DNA of 63,271 bases, the filler included, from Reticulomyxa filosa (lineage: Eukaryota; Protista; Foraminifera): NCBI GenBank assembly GCA_000512085.1. It is 23 parts of 23 records of this genome, joined end to end, with 100 filler letters (N's around TTAATTAATTAA, not from the genome) between each part and the next. Parts side by side here need not be neighbours in the genome. Positions count along the whole stretch, not along the records: positions 22,604 to 26,591 come from ASPP01033278.1; positions 26,692 to 27,801 come from ASPP01011729.1; positions 27,902 to 29,483 come from ASPP01010644.1; positions 29,584 to 31,424 come from ASPP01046860.1; positions 31,525 to 32,679 come from ASPP01028798.1; positions 32,780 to 35,642 come from ASPP01021280.1; positions 35,743 to 37,230 come from ASPP01043444.1; positions 37,331 to 41,822 come from ASPP01039950.1; 15 more parts are not named here. One strand, 5' to 3'. Below, piece after piece: positions 24,982 through 38,842 of this stretch. The position numbers and the translations under genes are program-made. Every line of letters starts with the position of its first letter. Within the stretch, counting starts at the first letter, position 1. The notes beneath the pieces were generated by a model. The model saw only the letters and a program-made list of their open reading frames with translations. It had not been told where the DNA came from and did no database searches.

Positions 24982-26591
24982 TCAAAATGTTCCACCACGT
25001 TGTTTCACAAGCAATTTTTGTTGAGATGTTACACCTTTCGTATCTTTCCAAATACTATTTTTCATCGACAAGCCACTTTGATTGCCCACTTTCCAAATAT
25101 GGCCTACTGGATTCATTTTAGTTACGTCAACAATTTTACTATTATCACTCCATAATCGAATTGTTTTATCACTTGAACATGAAACTAATTTTGAACCATC
25201 AGGTGATATGTCAATGCTGTAAATAATCCCGTCATGTCCTTCCAATAATTGAATCTGCTTTCCTGAAGATACATCCCATATTCGAATAGTGTCTTCCGAA
25301 TGCGAAAAAATTTTAGAACCATCTGGTGATAATTGTATTCCGGATACCCAATCTGAATGTCCTTCTAATATTTGAACCTGTTTCCCAGTTAATATATCCC
25401 AAATTCGAATTGTACTATCTGCTGAGCAAGATACGATTTTAGTACTATCTGGAAAAAATTTTGCGTCTAATATAAAATTTTGATGTCCTTCTAACAATAA
25501 AATTTGATCTCCAGATGATGTGTTCCATATTCGAATCGTGTTATCATATGAACATGATATGATTTTAGTACCGTCTGGAGAAAAGGATACATCACACATA
25601 AAATCTGTATGCCCTTCTAATAATAAAAGTTGGTCTCCAGACGATACATTCCATACTCGAATTGTATCCGAGCATGATACAATTTTAGATCCATCCGGCG
25701 AAATTTTTACTTTATGTACAGCATCAGAATGTCCTTGCAATAATTTGATCTGTCTTCCTGATGATATATCCCATATTCGAATTGTTTTATCATTTGAGCA
25801 TGATACAAGCCTGGAATTATCTGATAAAAATTGTACACAATTTGTCTTATCAGAATGTCCTTTTAATAGTTGGATCTGTTTTCCTGATAGTATATCCCAT
25901 ATCCGAATTGTAATATCATCTGAATATGACGCAATTTTGGAACCATCTGATGAAAATAACACTCCACGCACAATATTTGAATGACCTTCAAACACTTGAA
26001 TTTGTCTTCCTGATTGTACATCCCATAATTGAATAGTTTTATCCATAGAACATGACACAATTTTATAGCCATCAGGAGAAAATTTTACGTCCAGTGTCAT
26101 ATCTAACGCTTCTTCTGTTAACTGGATTTTTTTTTCTAAAGCTACATCCCATATACGAATAGTTTTGTCAACTGAACATGACAAAATTTTGTGTTCATTT
26201 GAAAAAAATTCCACACCAGTTACTGTATTTGAATGTCCTTCTAATACTTGAATTTGTTTTCCAGACGACACGTCCCATAAGCGGATTGTATTATCAACCG
26301 AACCTGATACAATTTTAGAACCATCAGATGAAAATCGTGCTGTCGTTACCCAGTACATATGCCCTTCTAATACTCGAAATTGTTCTCCACTCCACGTATC
26401 CCAGCTGAATTGAGTATTGTAATTGCATTTGCTGCTGCAATACTAACATTTTCGTTATTTTTTGACGATTCAATAATTCGAAATAATCTTGATTTTAAAT
26501 TTACAAATATTGGATTATTGTCATGAATTCTTTCAGCAATAAACTGGATAATCCCCAATTCTTCATTTAATAATTTACGATTAATAGATAA
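24982..26591 (-). pseudogene. C-terminal part of a NACHT-type WD40 (NLR-like) gene with an out-of-frame internal junction
   Basis: SIAAANAITILNSA runs out of frame at ~26403 into WDTWSGEQFRVLEGH. About 10 WD40 repeats follow, then the tail GLSMKNSIWKDTKGVTSQQKLLVKQRGG. The NACHT domain itself is not in the contig. Confidence 0.65.
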
Positions 26592-26691
26592 NNNNNNNNN
26601 NNNNNNNNNNNNNNNNNNNNNNNNNNNNNNNNNNNTTAATTAATTAANNNNNNNNNNNNNNNNNNNNNNNNNNNNNNNNNNNNNNNNNNNN

Positions 26692-26732
<41 letters not shown>

Positions 26733-27801
26733 GGGGGGGGGGGGGGGGGGGGGGAGAGAGGAACGACGGTAAAAACAAAAACAAAAACAAAAAAAAAAAC
26801 AAACGAAAACGAAAACAAAGACAAAAACAAATAGACACATACATAATGAGTTGGTGTATATCTTCGGGGATATCTTTTGCAATACAATGCTGTAAAGCAA
26901 TGCCAAGCAAAGGAGTTTCATGCCAAAGACCTTTCACCACAGTGTCATGGCCTGGGTTTTTTTTGGATTGCTTGTGGTGTTTGTGCGGCGTGTGCTTGTG
27001 ATCATGACTGTGATTGGAATTGAGGTTGAAACTGGAAGTGTAACTATGCGTGTGATTATGGCTGTGACTGTGACTATGATGATTGTGAGTGTGAGTATGA
27101 TTGGCAGTATAAGCACGGTTGAGATTGGAGTTAGAATTGGAGTTAGGGCTGGAGTTGGAATTAGAGTTAGAGTTAGAGTTAGAGTTAGAGTTAGAGTTAG
27201 AGTTAGAGTTTGAGTTTGAGTTTGAATTGTAGTTGACATTCATGCTATAATTATGATTGTAACGATTGTGATTGCGCATTTTGCTGTATGCATGAACGTA
27301 ATTGGGATCGTTACTATTGTTTGTATTGTAACTGTAATTATAGTTGCCATTGTGATTATAAGCGAAATTGTGACTATAAATATGATTATAGTTGTGATTA
27401 TGATTGGAATTGTGGGTTTGATTTGAATTTAAATTTAAATTTGAATGATGGATGTGAGCAGAGTCGGTGTTGTAACTATTGTAATTGTGTTTATTCGAAT
27501 CGCTATTGATGGTATCATCATTGATGTTATTTACATTGGCTGTGTAGCCATTGGCCGCATGTTTCCAATTGTTAGTGCAACAGATCTGACTGATGCCAAG
27601 ACAATAATACGAGACTGACACAAGGTCATTCCAATCCGTAGGGACACACGATTGGGATTGAATTGTCTCTAAAGCAGGCATATCTTCAGTTATTTTGTCA
27701 TGTTTGCCTTCTATTATTTGCTGTTGTTGATATTGTATATATTGTTGCTGTTGTTGCTGTTGTTGCTGTTGCTGTTGTTGTTGTTGTTGTTGTTGTTGTT
27801 G
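26692..27801 (-). CDS. Asn/His/Ser-rich low-complexity protein fragment
   Basis: Open frame with NS, NY and HS repeats, ending KDIPEDIHQLIM before an intron. Confidence 0.5.
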
Positions 27802-27924
27802 NNNNNNNNNNNNNNNNNNNNNNNNNNNNNNNNNNNNNNNNNNNNTTAATTAATTAANNNNNNNNNNNNNNNNNNNNNNNNNNNNNNNNNNNNNNNNNNN
27901 NTTTTTTTTTTTTAAAAAAAGACA

Positions 27925-29354
27925 GGAATTCGACCGTTGGCTTGCATTCCTGAAGGGTATAAAGTAACGCGTCATGCGAGAGCACGCAGGTGACATGTGA
28001 TGAATCGTACTTGCTGAAGCAAAAGGAACTGGTGTTGAAGAAAGAGCGGGCGGCCCATATTCAAGACCTGAAAGAGTACTTGAAAAAGAAACATAAAAAA
28101 AACTTTGGGGACGCCGACGACAACTTGTCTTCTAGTTCTCGTAGTCTATTGCCAAACACGAGCAACATATCGAGACAACATCTGATAGAAATCCTCCCCA
28201 GCGGATTGATAACGGTGACTGGAGGGAAATGGACGACCTATCGTCAGATGGCCGAAGACACGGTGGACTTGGCGTGTCAAATGAATCCCGAATTGGCGAG
28301 AAAAGCCACCGAGTGTGTCACTACGGCGGTGAAGTTGATCGGCAGCACTAGCTGGACACAAAGTGTGATGGCGATATTGGAGCGACATCAGATCCCAAAA
28401 GACATTGCCGAACATTTATCCAGAAACTATGGTGACAAGTCCTTCATGGTCGGTGATTTGTACTTGCAAGAGTTTGGGAAACGTCTGGCTGGGGGGTATC
28501 CTTATACGGAGGCCGAGGTCATCTATTGCTCCAAATTCGAAATGGCTCATACTGCTATCGACTTGCTCGCGCGAAGAACGCGTCTCGCTTTTGTCTCTCG
28601 TGCAGCTGCCGAGTATGCATTGCCTCGTGTCATTGCTCTCATGGGAATGGTCCATAGCTGGGACGGGCGGACGCGTGTGCGCCAATACCATGACGCATGC
28701 GAGTTCTTACGCACTATGCATGTGGCCGACAGGCACAAGTGGGGGCGTCGCAGGCACACTTTGGAGTATGCGCGAAGGGTGGTCGAAACTGTCTTGGCTG
28801 GCCCGTCCATGACCGATGAAGCCATTTTGTTCGTCATTGATAAGTTTATGAAGTGCTATGATCTCCAAGCACATGATCAAGACTCACAACAACACATTGC
28901 AGATGTGCAGGACTCTGTGCAAGGACCGATCCATAGTGACAACGTCAATATCAATACCAATCATATTCATGATGGTGGTGATGATAATGATGCTAACGCT
29001 GGTTTTAATAATTCTGCCATTGACAATAATGACGGCAATGACGCTGATATGAACGCTGATGCAGACGTACAGACCAGCCAGGAATGGCAAGAATGGCGTC
29101 TCAATCAAATCAAAGCCGAAAAGAGCAGACAATTGTTTGAGGGATGCATTTCGAGAGAAAAAGCCTTTGAATTGGCCGCCGAGTTTGCCAAAGTTTTTGG
29201 AGATGACAGGGTCATCGATGCTGTCATGTTCACTGGAATGAAACAACTTGGGCTCTACGAAATTTTAGTGAGCTGCGCTGCTTGTGCTGCTGAACCAAGA
29301 TACATCCAACACTCCAGATGTCAGCACTCAAAGTCCAGCCCGTTTGAAGGATGA
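27925..29354 (+). CDS. GPD2: FAD-dependent glycerol-3-phosphate dehydrogenase, C-terminal part
   Basis: GIRPL, SRQH, GLITVTGGKWTTYRQMAEDTVD, HLSRNYG, YPYTEAEV, DLLARRTRLAF. Frame break near 27961-27990. Confidence 0.88.
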
Positions 29355-29583
29355 CTTCAGGTGCTCGGTAGTGTCTGGTTTGAATGAGGTGATAATGTTT
29401 GGTCCCTCTTCCAAATACCGCACTGCCAAAGTCGATAAGTCGAATCGAGCAATTTTTGAGAATGAAACACCTGTGGCCATTGGNNNNNNNNNNNNNNNNN
29501 NNNNNNNNNNNNNNNNNNNNNNNNNNNTTAATTAATTAANNNNNNNNNNNNNNNNNNNNNNNNNNNNNNNNNNNNNNNNNNNN

Positions 29584-29713
29584 GTTACGTGTTTTCTGTT
29601 AGCCAAGTTAAGACATCTTTTGTCTCATCGGCATTTTCATTACACTTCTTCCATGCCTTTACGATAACCTCTTCAGCTATGTTGGGAAACGTTTGTTGAA
29701 GTTTTGCGAGCAT
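29584..29713 (-). CDS. N-terminal exon with a CUE-like domain
   Basis: MLAKLQQTFPNIAEEVIVKAWKKCNENADETKDVL fits the CUE FP...VI pattern. Confidence 0.45.
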
Positions 29714-31627
29714 AATGATGAAGTAAATCCTTTTTTTTATTTTGAAAGTTCGACTTATGTAGAAATTTACAAAAAAAAATTTGATTCGTTTAAAGGATAA
29801 GCAAAATTGCATTTGTGGATCAATGGTAATATGCGCGATACGAGAATGGTGTTATTGTTCATGCATAAAAATTTGTTGTCTTACAAATTTTAAAATCTTT
29901 TTTTGCTCAAGTAGAGAATGTGTCTATTGCTAGGACTGAGTGTTTTCATGCAACCTTTTCCATAAACACACGAAACAACATTTAAAAAAACTTTCGTCGA
30001 CTCCAAAAAAAAATTATTTACAAGTAAATAAAAAATTTTGTGTCGAAAACGCTTGATTTTAAATTGAAGCACAATTGTTTTGAAATTTTGTGTTTCCTTT
30101 CGACGTTGTCAGTGTGTGGATTACAAATACGAAAGTAATTTATGATATAGCTTACTATTAAATATTAAAAAGAATAAAAGTGATATCATTCAATTGATGA
30201 AATTAAAAAACATTGTGAAAATACAATTTAGGTCAAAATAATAATTGATAGAAATTAATTTCATTGTTATTATTATTTTGCATCAAAGGAAATATCTTAT
30301 ATTCAATTCATTTATTTGAATAACTTTTTGGATCACAGTATTTCTACTATTTGTAATAAACTTATTTCGTCCACAAATAACCATAATCAAATCTTCATAT
30401 TGCATAGAGTTTGTAGCATTATAAACTACAGTATCAAAAATTACATTAAGTAAATGTTTCTTGAAAATCTCCACATCTTTTACACCTGCAAAGATCTATT
30501 CTAAAGTCTTTAATTTCAATAAAAAGTTTTTCCAAATATTCCCATTTTTGGTCTATTACCTTTTCTCAGCAGAGATTCGTTAACATTTATTTCTATCTTC
30601 AATGGATGAATAGTTGTCTTATTTGTATATAAAATAAAAATTCAAATAAGTATTTTTTTTTAATTGATAGTCTATCTTCCTTTTAGAGTTATTTGTTTTA
30701 AAAAATGATTTGAGTAAAAGCATATGCAGATAAGTTAACAAATACTTGAAAATCAAGTTTAAATTGAAATAAAATCAATATTATGATTTATACTTTCAAA
30801 ATGTCTAGTTGTTTATGTTTCGTTGTTCCAATTTAGTAAATAAATGTTTTTATTTCCAGAACAAGGAAATAATATCTTTCAATTCACCAAATAAAAATGG
30901 ATTCATGTGTTTCATTATCAAGTACTTCCTTTATTAACAAAGATAATATAGTATAAATTTTCTCTACAGAAGGATGATAATTAGATTTATAGATTATTTG
31001 CCTGCAGTAAAAGTAGATTTACGTTATTAAAGATTTGGCTCAAGTCAATGTGTTTCTTCTTTTTGATATTTTTTGATTTATTTTTTAATCTTTAAAAAAT
31101 CTTTATGGATCTACCGAAATCAGCACGTAGTGTAAATGGAATGGATGAATACTAAAAATTTGAACGGTTGCATTTAATGAAAATGAAAGATATAAAGAAA
31201 AAAAGTGTCGATAAGATGCAGAAGAGAGAACGTAATATGATAACAAAGCATTTTATCAACAGATATTTTGCATTGTTTGGATATGTGAATATTTTTATAT
31301 TTTCCAATATTAAACAATATATTCTAAAAGTTTTCCTAAAAAATAGAGTTATGTTTATTCTACTCCAAAAAATTGGAGTAAAAAAAGCTTCAAACTGACA
31401 TTATATTACTTTTGATATGGCCATNNNNNNNNNNNNNNNNNNNNNNNNNNNNNNNNNNNNNNNNNNNNTTAATTAATTAANNNNNNNNNNNNNNNNNNNN
31501 NNNNNNNNNNNNNNNNNNNNNNNNGATATTTATTGCAATTAGATATCAAAGGTTTTTTATTTATTTTTTTTATTTTAAAAAAAATTTGACATTTGATAAA
31601 TTTTTTTGTTTGAATAAAATTAAAAAA

Positions 31628-32648
31628 GGAGAAAAAGAAATCGAGTTACCATTTGAACAATTGAGCGAAATGGACTCTGTATATTTGTGCATTTGGGACA
31701 TGAGCTCAAATCCGTGTTCAAGGACGTTTTATATTCGAACGAGAGGGAGAGGATTGGACCCACAGACCACTATTGTGTCCGATAAAAAGTCATGCAATAG
31801 TTTTGGACGGTCGAATGTGACCATTACCAGTATCCACGACAAGAAAAAGTATCCCGGCCCAAATGCCATTCAACAGTGTGAGATGCACTTGACGACCTTC
31901 TTTCAATATATCAATTGGAAAATGAATGAAACCATCCCTGTGCACGTGGCCTTCGAGGCGATCCATCAGTTCTCCGAACACTACAGTGATCCAAAGGGTG
32001 AATACTCCAAAGAAATCGGGCGTGTATGGATACTGAAAAAAATCCCCGAGTTGGCACGAAGCAACTTTGAAAGGATTATCAAAGACAAGGAATTGACATG
32101 GCCACAGATTATTCGTGCACTCTTTAGCTTCATTCTTATTACATTCTTTTCCAACGAAAATATCAAATTGGAGGACTCTTCTCATTTGTACAAAAGCATT
32201 TGCGAGCCACAAATAGGCGATCCAATGGTTATCTCTTCTCTTTTTTTTTTTAAAAAAAAATGATTACAATGACATTAAACAAAACAATAGATCATTGCAA
32301 CAAAGTTGCAAGCAATGATGACATCATCTCAATTGCAATTACTTCAATCTCAGCTGTATACGAAAGTAATTCAACCTGTAAATGAAATCGAAAAATATCG
32401 GCATTTGCTATGGTACAATCTATTCAGCATATCGACCGCACATCCAAAGGTAAACGAGCATGTGCAACGGATGCAAGAGAAAATCAAACTGACACTCAAA
32501 CGAGACCGCATCTTGGAATTGGTCGAAATGGAGTTAGTGTTTGCCGCCTCTATCAATCGACCATTGCCCGTCGAAGAATTGTATTTGTCGCATTTGTTAG
32601 ACGATCGCAATGTAGTATCAGCTCAACTCCATGAGTGGATTACTGACT
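31628..32648 (+). CDS. Hypothetical protein, internal exons
   Basis: Two long open frames joined in phase by intron 32228-32290. Confidence 0.5.
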
Positions 32649-32800
32649 GTTACATGCCATATACATATATACATATATANNNNNNNNNNNNNNNNNNNNN
32701 NNNNNNNNNNNNNNNNNNNNNNNTTAATTAATTAANNNNNNNNNNNNNNNNNNNNNNNNNNNNNNNNNNNNNNNNNNNNAAGGGTGTATGTATTATTAAT

Positions 32801-33466
32801 TTATTCGTCGATGTTTAAAAAAAAAAAAAAACGTTCATACCAACCAGGCATGTAACGTATCATTCGCAAAATAATGCATTCCAAAAGAATCCATAAGGTA
32901 ACGCTAATGATTAGATGGTTGGTATGTGGCATCAAAAAGTCAATGATACCGATCGGGATCATGACGATAGCAGCCAGTATCGACATGACAACCAAGGAGT
33001 ACCAGTGATGTCCTAATGTGCCTCGATGCCATAGTATCCATTCCACAAACTCATTGTTCATTTCGTTCTGACTTTGGAACAATGGGTTCATTTTCTGCAA
33101 TTTCATCATAATCGTTTGTTTATAGATCCCATCATAGCGAATCATATACACCTTCCATACGTATAATGTATATAGTAACACCGTAAACAAATGATCAATA
33201 AAGTTGTCCCAAGCTTCGGACAACCCTACGTAATTTAAATCTGGAGCGCTTTGCCCACTCAATAGGTGAATCGGTCTTTCAATCGCAAAAACGATAAATG
33301 TTACAAAATACACTGCCGTTAAACAAGGCACATTTCGAGAATGAAATATTTGAGACGAACGGTTCGGAAGAAACACAAAACAATACAAATACATAAAAAC
33401 TGGCAATAATATTCCATAGTTTATTGCGAGTATGGACCATGTAAAAATTCCCAGTCCGGTTGTCAT
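32801..33466 (-). CDS. Multi-pass membrane protein, partial; resembles the N-terminus of 7TM-RGS proteins
   Basis: About five hydrophobic segments with R..FHSR and ERP between them. No RGS domain lies within the contig. Confidence 0.45.
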   Translation of the reverse strand: MTTGLGIFTWSILAINYGILLPVFMYLYCFVFLPNRSSQIFHSRNVPCLTAVYFVTFIVFAIERPIHLLSGQSAPDLNYVGLSEAWDNFIDHLFTVLLYTLYVWKVYMIRYDGIYKQTIMMKLQKMNPLFQSQNEMNNEFVEWILWHRGTLGHHWYSLVVMSILAAIVMIPIGIIDFLMPHTNHLIISVTLWILLECIILRMIRYMPGWYERFFFFLNIDE

Positions 33467-34594
33467 TGTGTTTTTACTGTTTTTTTTGGTTTACAAGCCT
33501 TTTTTTGTTTTTCTGACTTGTCGTACGAACATCAACACCATTGTACTACGTTATGATACAAGGTAATGACTGCACAGATCACAATTTCCAAAATCCAACT
33601 TTGAATAAAGTAAAAATGATATCTTAAAAAAGACATGGTATAACTCACCTTAGAATTGCAATCTTTTATTACTTGTTATGGTTTGTTTTGTGATATTCAG
33701 TTAAATTCGTCAATACGTTAAAAATAGAAACTACGACATATAAACTTTACAATAAATTGTTTTTTTAAACTAAATTTTGATTTTTCGTCTAAACAATGTC
33801 AGCAAAATGGAAACTAAACAATAAATTAACAAAAAAAAAAGAAATTATAATTATCATTAAATCAGAGTACTAAGTTAATTGGCCTAAATTATTTGAATCA
33901 ACTTGTACAACACTCAATATACATCCAAAAAGATGAAAGGTACATAATACAATTATTTATTACAAAACGTATAGTCAAAATCAAATTCTAGAGATTTAAT
34001 TATATAGCATTATATTATCAACTATCAAAATTGTACCTTTCAACAATGATTATGTTTTATACTGTCAAATGTTATAACTACCGAATCAGTACATTGAGAA
34101 ACCTATGAGTTACAATATCTATTTGTACAACCGAGCAAGCGTTGTTGATAAATGGTGAGATCAGTCTCCATTTGCATAGTCAGTCAACTAGTTTTACTTA
34201 GTGTTATTGATGACGTGAAAAAGTCTAACATATGTACAACAAATCAATAACTCTTTTACTTAAGAAAAGGAAAGAAATTATGTAGTTTTTATTATATTTT
34301 GATTGGGCTACTCACAAATTGAGCGAGAGTATTCTTTGGGTGTATCTATTCATGGGCCAGCCTCTTTAAAATTTTATTTTAGTAAAATAGAAGGAAGTCC
34401 AAGTCAAAATAGACACAGTGCAGTAAACTAATCAAGTTGCCAAATGGAGAATTCAAAAGAATGAAGTAAAGCAAAACTATATGCTGTTTTTTTGCACTTG
34501 TTAATTGTTGTGTGCAAGAAGGGGGAGGAAGCAAAAAAAGAAAATAGTTTTTCGGGAATAAACATAAAATACCAGCATAAAAAAAAAAAGAGAA

Positions 34595-35022
34595 ATGAGC
34601 GAAAGTGAAACGGCAACTGTTGAACAATTGAATTATGTCAATTACGTGATGCATGGGTTTGTTGCACCTCCAACAAGTTTCAGCAAAGTAGCAGCTTCTC
34701 GACAGGTGCTCGGCAACACGAGTCCGTATGTTTCATCCCCTACGTCACTGAGAGTGGCAATACCAGGGGTGCACTTGTCTCCGCGCGACCAAAACACGAG
34801 TTCGCATTACGTTCTTCAAGACCATGTATACCCAAGTAACGTAGCACTATGGAACGACTACGCAAAAATGGGTCACGAATGCGAATCGAAAAATGTGCCA
34901 TTGGGGTCAGACAGTCTGAACCTGTTATACGGTGCCGCCTATTCACCTGCAGGCATACCGAGGCATAAAAGCATACGTGGCAATCACAGTAATAACAGCA
35001 GTAATAATAACATCATCGTTGG

Positions 35023-35053
<31 letters not shown>

Positions 35054-35452
35054 AAAACAACAATAACAACAGTATCAACAGCAACAGCAATAATATCAAC
35101 GTCCACCACAATGTCCACATTATCAGCACTCACAACACGAACGTCATGATTTCAACATCAACGTCAACATTAACCCCAACAACAATGGCAGCTGCGAGCT
35201 ATAGCAATCATCACCCACATAATAATGGTCCTCTTGCCGCCCCTGTGTTTTCTCCGTCAGCAAATCCTGGGAATACGTATACCGCCCATTTTGGGAGGGG
35301 GGAAATCAACCCCACTGTTGTTGCTGTTCAAACAACGCCACCTATCGCCTACAGCCGAAGCGGTTTGAGTCATTTGGGCCCTGATCATTGCATGACCATT
35401 GTCATTGTTCCTCAAAGTCCTGTTCCAGAGAACGTTAAGGAAATTAACGCTG
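34595..35452 (+). CDS. Hypothetical Ser/Pro/Asn-rich protein, partial
   Basis: ORFs 34595 and 35146 join if one A is added at 35054-35057, which continues the poly-Asn frame. Confidence 0.5.
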
Positions 35453-38400
35453 GTTTGTGCTGGGATTAGTCATACTCTCCCCTTTTTTTTTTTTTTATGT
35501 TTTAAACTTTGTTTTTTTTTTGAGGAACGTATGTAAAAAATCGAGGGAAAGAGAGGAAAGGGAGGAAGGAGGGAGAAGATGGAGAAAGAGTAATTTAAGG
35601 GGCAGCCAGGATATATATATTTTTACAACAAAAAAAAAAAAANNNNNNNNNNNNNNNNNNNNNNNNNNNNNNNNNNNNNNNNNNNNTTAATTAATTAANN
35701 NNNNNNNNNNNNNNNNNNNNNNNNNNNNNNNNNNNNNNNNNNATTCTTTTAATTTTTAAAAAAAAAGATGGAGTCATGTAAAAAAACTTTGACAACACAA
35801 AATGGCACTATGTTTAATTTTGTAATTTAAAAAAAAAACAATAGACAACACGCTGAGACTCTCAGAGTGAATGCTTTGCTCAAGTCAAGGCCACGATGGC
35901 GACATACGAGGCAAGACAATGCAAGCACAAACGATGGGATAATTGGCAACGTTGGTGTGGAAATCAAGACTTATATTGTCAATGACACTGATGGTATGTT
36001 TGATCAAGATAAGCTGGGAGTGAATGTTATGATGACATTGCACAAGCTAGTGGAACAGACAGAATGGCATCCAAATGGCATTAGGTGGGCCCTAAATGCA
36101 TTTAAAAATGGAAGGGCCCTTATCGTGATTGTGTGTATACTGTTGGCCGGTGTTGATGTTCAATATTCATGCACTTATCTCAAATCGCGTCAATATATAG
36201 GCGCATTGCTAAATTGTTGAACGTGACGAACGATGTCGTCGCAAAAAAAAGGCCATACATGGCAGGACAAAATGGCAGTCTCGTCACAACGACGGCGCAT
36301 TGCGCAACAAAAAAAAGGGCAAATCGATCACGAGCAAGACGACAATGACAATTGGTACATCAAACATTTTTTAACATACGTATATATTTGCACACTTTTT
36401 GTTTTGAAATAAATGTAAAAAAAACAATTTATGTTTTTTTTTTGAACGTATAAAAAATAACATAGGACGATGACGCGAGAACAACACAACAACGACGAGC
36501 AAAAATGGGGTAGAATCCAACCCTATCTCCAAAAGGAGCAAAAAAGGTTCGATATATCTTTTTTTTTATAATAAAAATATCAATGTAATGTTGCTTGTGT
36601 ATAGGAATCCCCTGTCCACACAAAACCGTTACATATTTGCCCCTTCACTCCACATACAAAAAAAAAAGGGGTCGAAGATCACCAGGTTTTCGATAAAAAA
36701 AAAGCGGTATGTTGTGTTTATATATTTATAATTTTCTTTTATCAAAATAATGTGATTGTGTATTTGTGTAATACATAGGAATTCCCCCGCACAAAGAAAA
36801 AAAATTATATATATATTTTTGTTGTCCAATCCATACATACATAAACAAAAAAAGTTTGAGTTTGTCCACAGGAGGAAAAAATTTGGAATGTGAGCTTGAA
36901 CTCCACATAACATGTATGTTTTTTTTTTGTTGATCTTAAAAATTTTTACAATATTTTTTTGTGTTTATACAGATGAACAAGGATCCAAAGATTTTTTTAA
37001 GAAGAAATTGGAGAATGGGGAAAAAAAGGGGGAAGATGGATAAAAAATATTATGGAAAAAAAAAAGAAAATAAGTGGGGAAAAAAGATATGAATAAAAAA
37101 GAGGGGAAGTAAGAATAAAAAGGGAAAAGAAAAAAAAAAGAGTAAGAAATAAGAATTAAAAAAAAGTAGTTGAAAAAAAGAAGAAAAAAAAAAAAAAAGA
37201 AACTTTTTTTACATATGGAGCTATGACTCCNNNNNNNNNNNNNNNNNNNNNNNNNNNNNNNNNNNNNNNNNNNNTTAATTAATTAANNNNNNNNNNNNNN
37301 NNNNNNNNNNNNNNNNNNNNNNNNNNNNNNAATCGAACACGATTGTCCTTGTAATTTATGATATATATTTTTTCTGTTTTGAAAAACACTAAATATTTTT
37401 AAAACTTAAAATATTGAATTTTTTCAAAGAATACAACAGATATAAGAAGGAGAAAAGGTGTCTTAAATTTGAAAAGCAGACGACAAAGTAAGGACAGTTT
37501 TTTGATCAATAAATGTACTTTAAAATCAATTGTATTGGCCTTTTATAAAAATTTACTTAAACAAACTGTGAGTCATTGCAGATGATGCACTAAGAAGGTA
37601 AGAATATGTTAAGTTATTTAACAATATAATATTCTACTTAGTTTGTATGTATGTTAAGCAAAACAATTCAATTTTCACAAATAAAGTACAACATATTCAA
37701 TTCTTTAAATTTAAATAAATATTTATCTATTGATATGTTTCATAGTTGTCAAAATTATTCATTGATCTTAGGCAGAAAGCATTGAATAAAAGTCCAATTT
37801 GGAAACTCATTCTTGTGTTCTCATTAGATAACTTCTTCATATCAAATTAAATTTGATGAATAGTATCAAAACAAAAAATAAAGTGTCCTAATTCAATAAA
37901 TTATTTTCAAAATTATAATGTATAAAAAGATGATATTTCAGATAGACATTACATTATCTTCATTTAGTCATTGATGTCCACAATATTACTCAATCAATTT
38001 AATGTTAAATGTGTATGTATAATGTGGAAATAGTTTATTCCAATTGACGAAAGAACGTGCACAATAATTATGATGATATATTTTGAAATGAAGATGTTAA
38101 AAAAATATTATTCCAAAAATCGTTTACATTTGTCCTCACGTTGTTGGATATACAACATTTTGCTTTTACTTATTGTGTTTTTTGATTGTTTGGACTATCA
38201 GATTCTAGTTTATCTGATCTAACTTTTAATGATTTTTAATAATACCTCCTTTATTTTATAAACAGCTATCAAGTTATTTTTATGAAATAGAAACATCATA
38301 ATAATCAAGTCCCAATATATTCAAATCAATTTCCAAATTTTTAATGAACAAATCGAATATGATTTAATCACTTATTTTTTTTTTCATATATTCATTTGAA

Positions 38401-38842
38401 TTAATTATGACTTAAAAAAGAATATTTTATTGTTGAGATATTTGATCATTTGATTTTGCAAATTAATTGTATTCGTCAAAGTTTGAAAGGGGGTAATAAG
38501 ATGCTGATTTTATTCAGTTTCTTTTCAGGAGGTTTTTGTGTTGTGGTTCGATTACCCATGTTGTTAATGTTACTAGGTTTTTTAAGTTTAACTTTTTAAA
38601 AAGGAATGTGATGTATCCTTTTAGAAAAACAAAAAGAAAAGGTATTTTAAGTGTACTCTTTGAAACATAAACAACGATAAAATATACATAAGAAGCAAAA
38701 TGAATAAAGCTAATGCTAGAAATGTTGTTATTGGGTGTGGTATAATATTATCTTGGAAGTATATACTCTTTTTTTCTTTTAAAGGGATAGTTTTTCATGT
38801 TCTTCTCCTTTTGAAAAATCTAAGTTCAGCAACATTAACAAC

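Noticed and set aside
27161-27222. (TTAGAG)n resembling a telomere repeat
   Set aside because: It is internal and encodes the Asn-Ser repeat of the minus-strand ORF.
37000-37205. Long purine-only tract
   Set aside because: It is low-complexity sequence at a contig end, likely poor quality or intronic.
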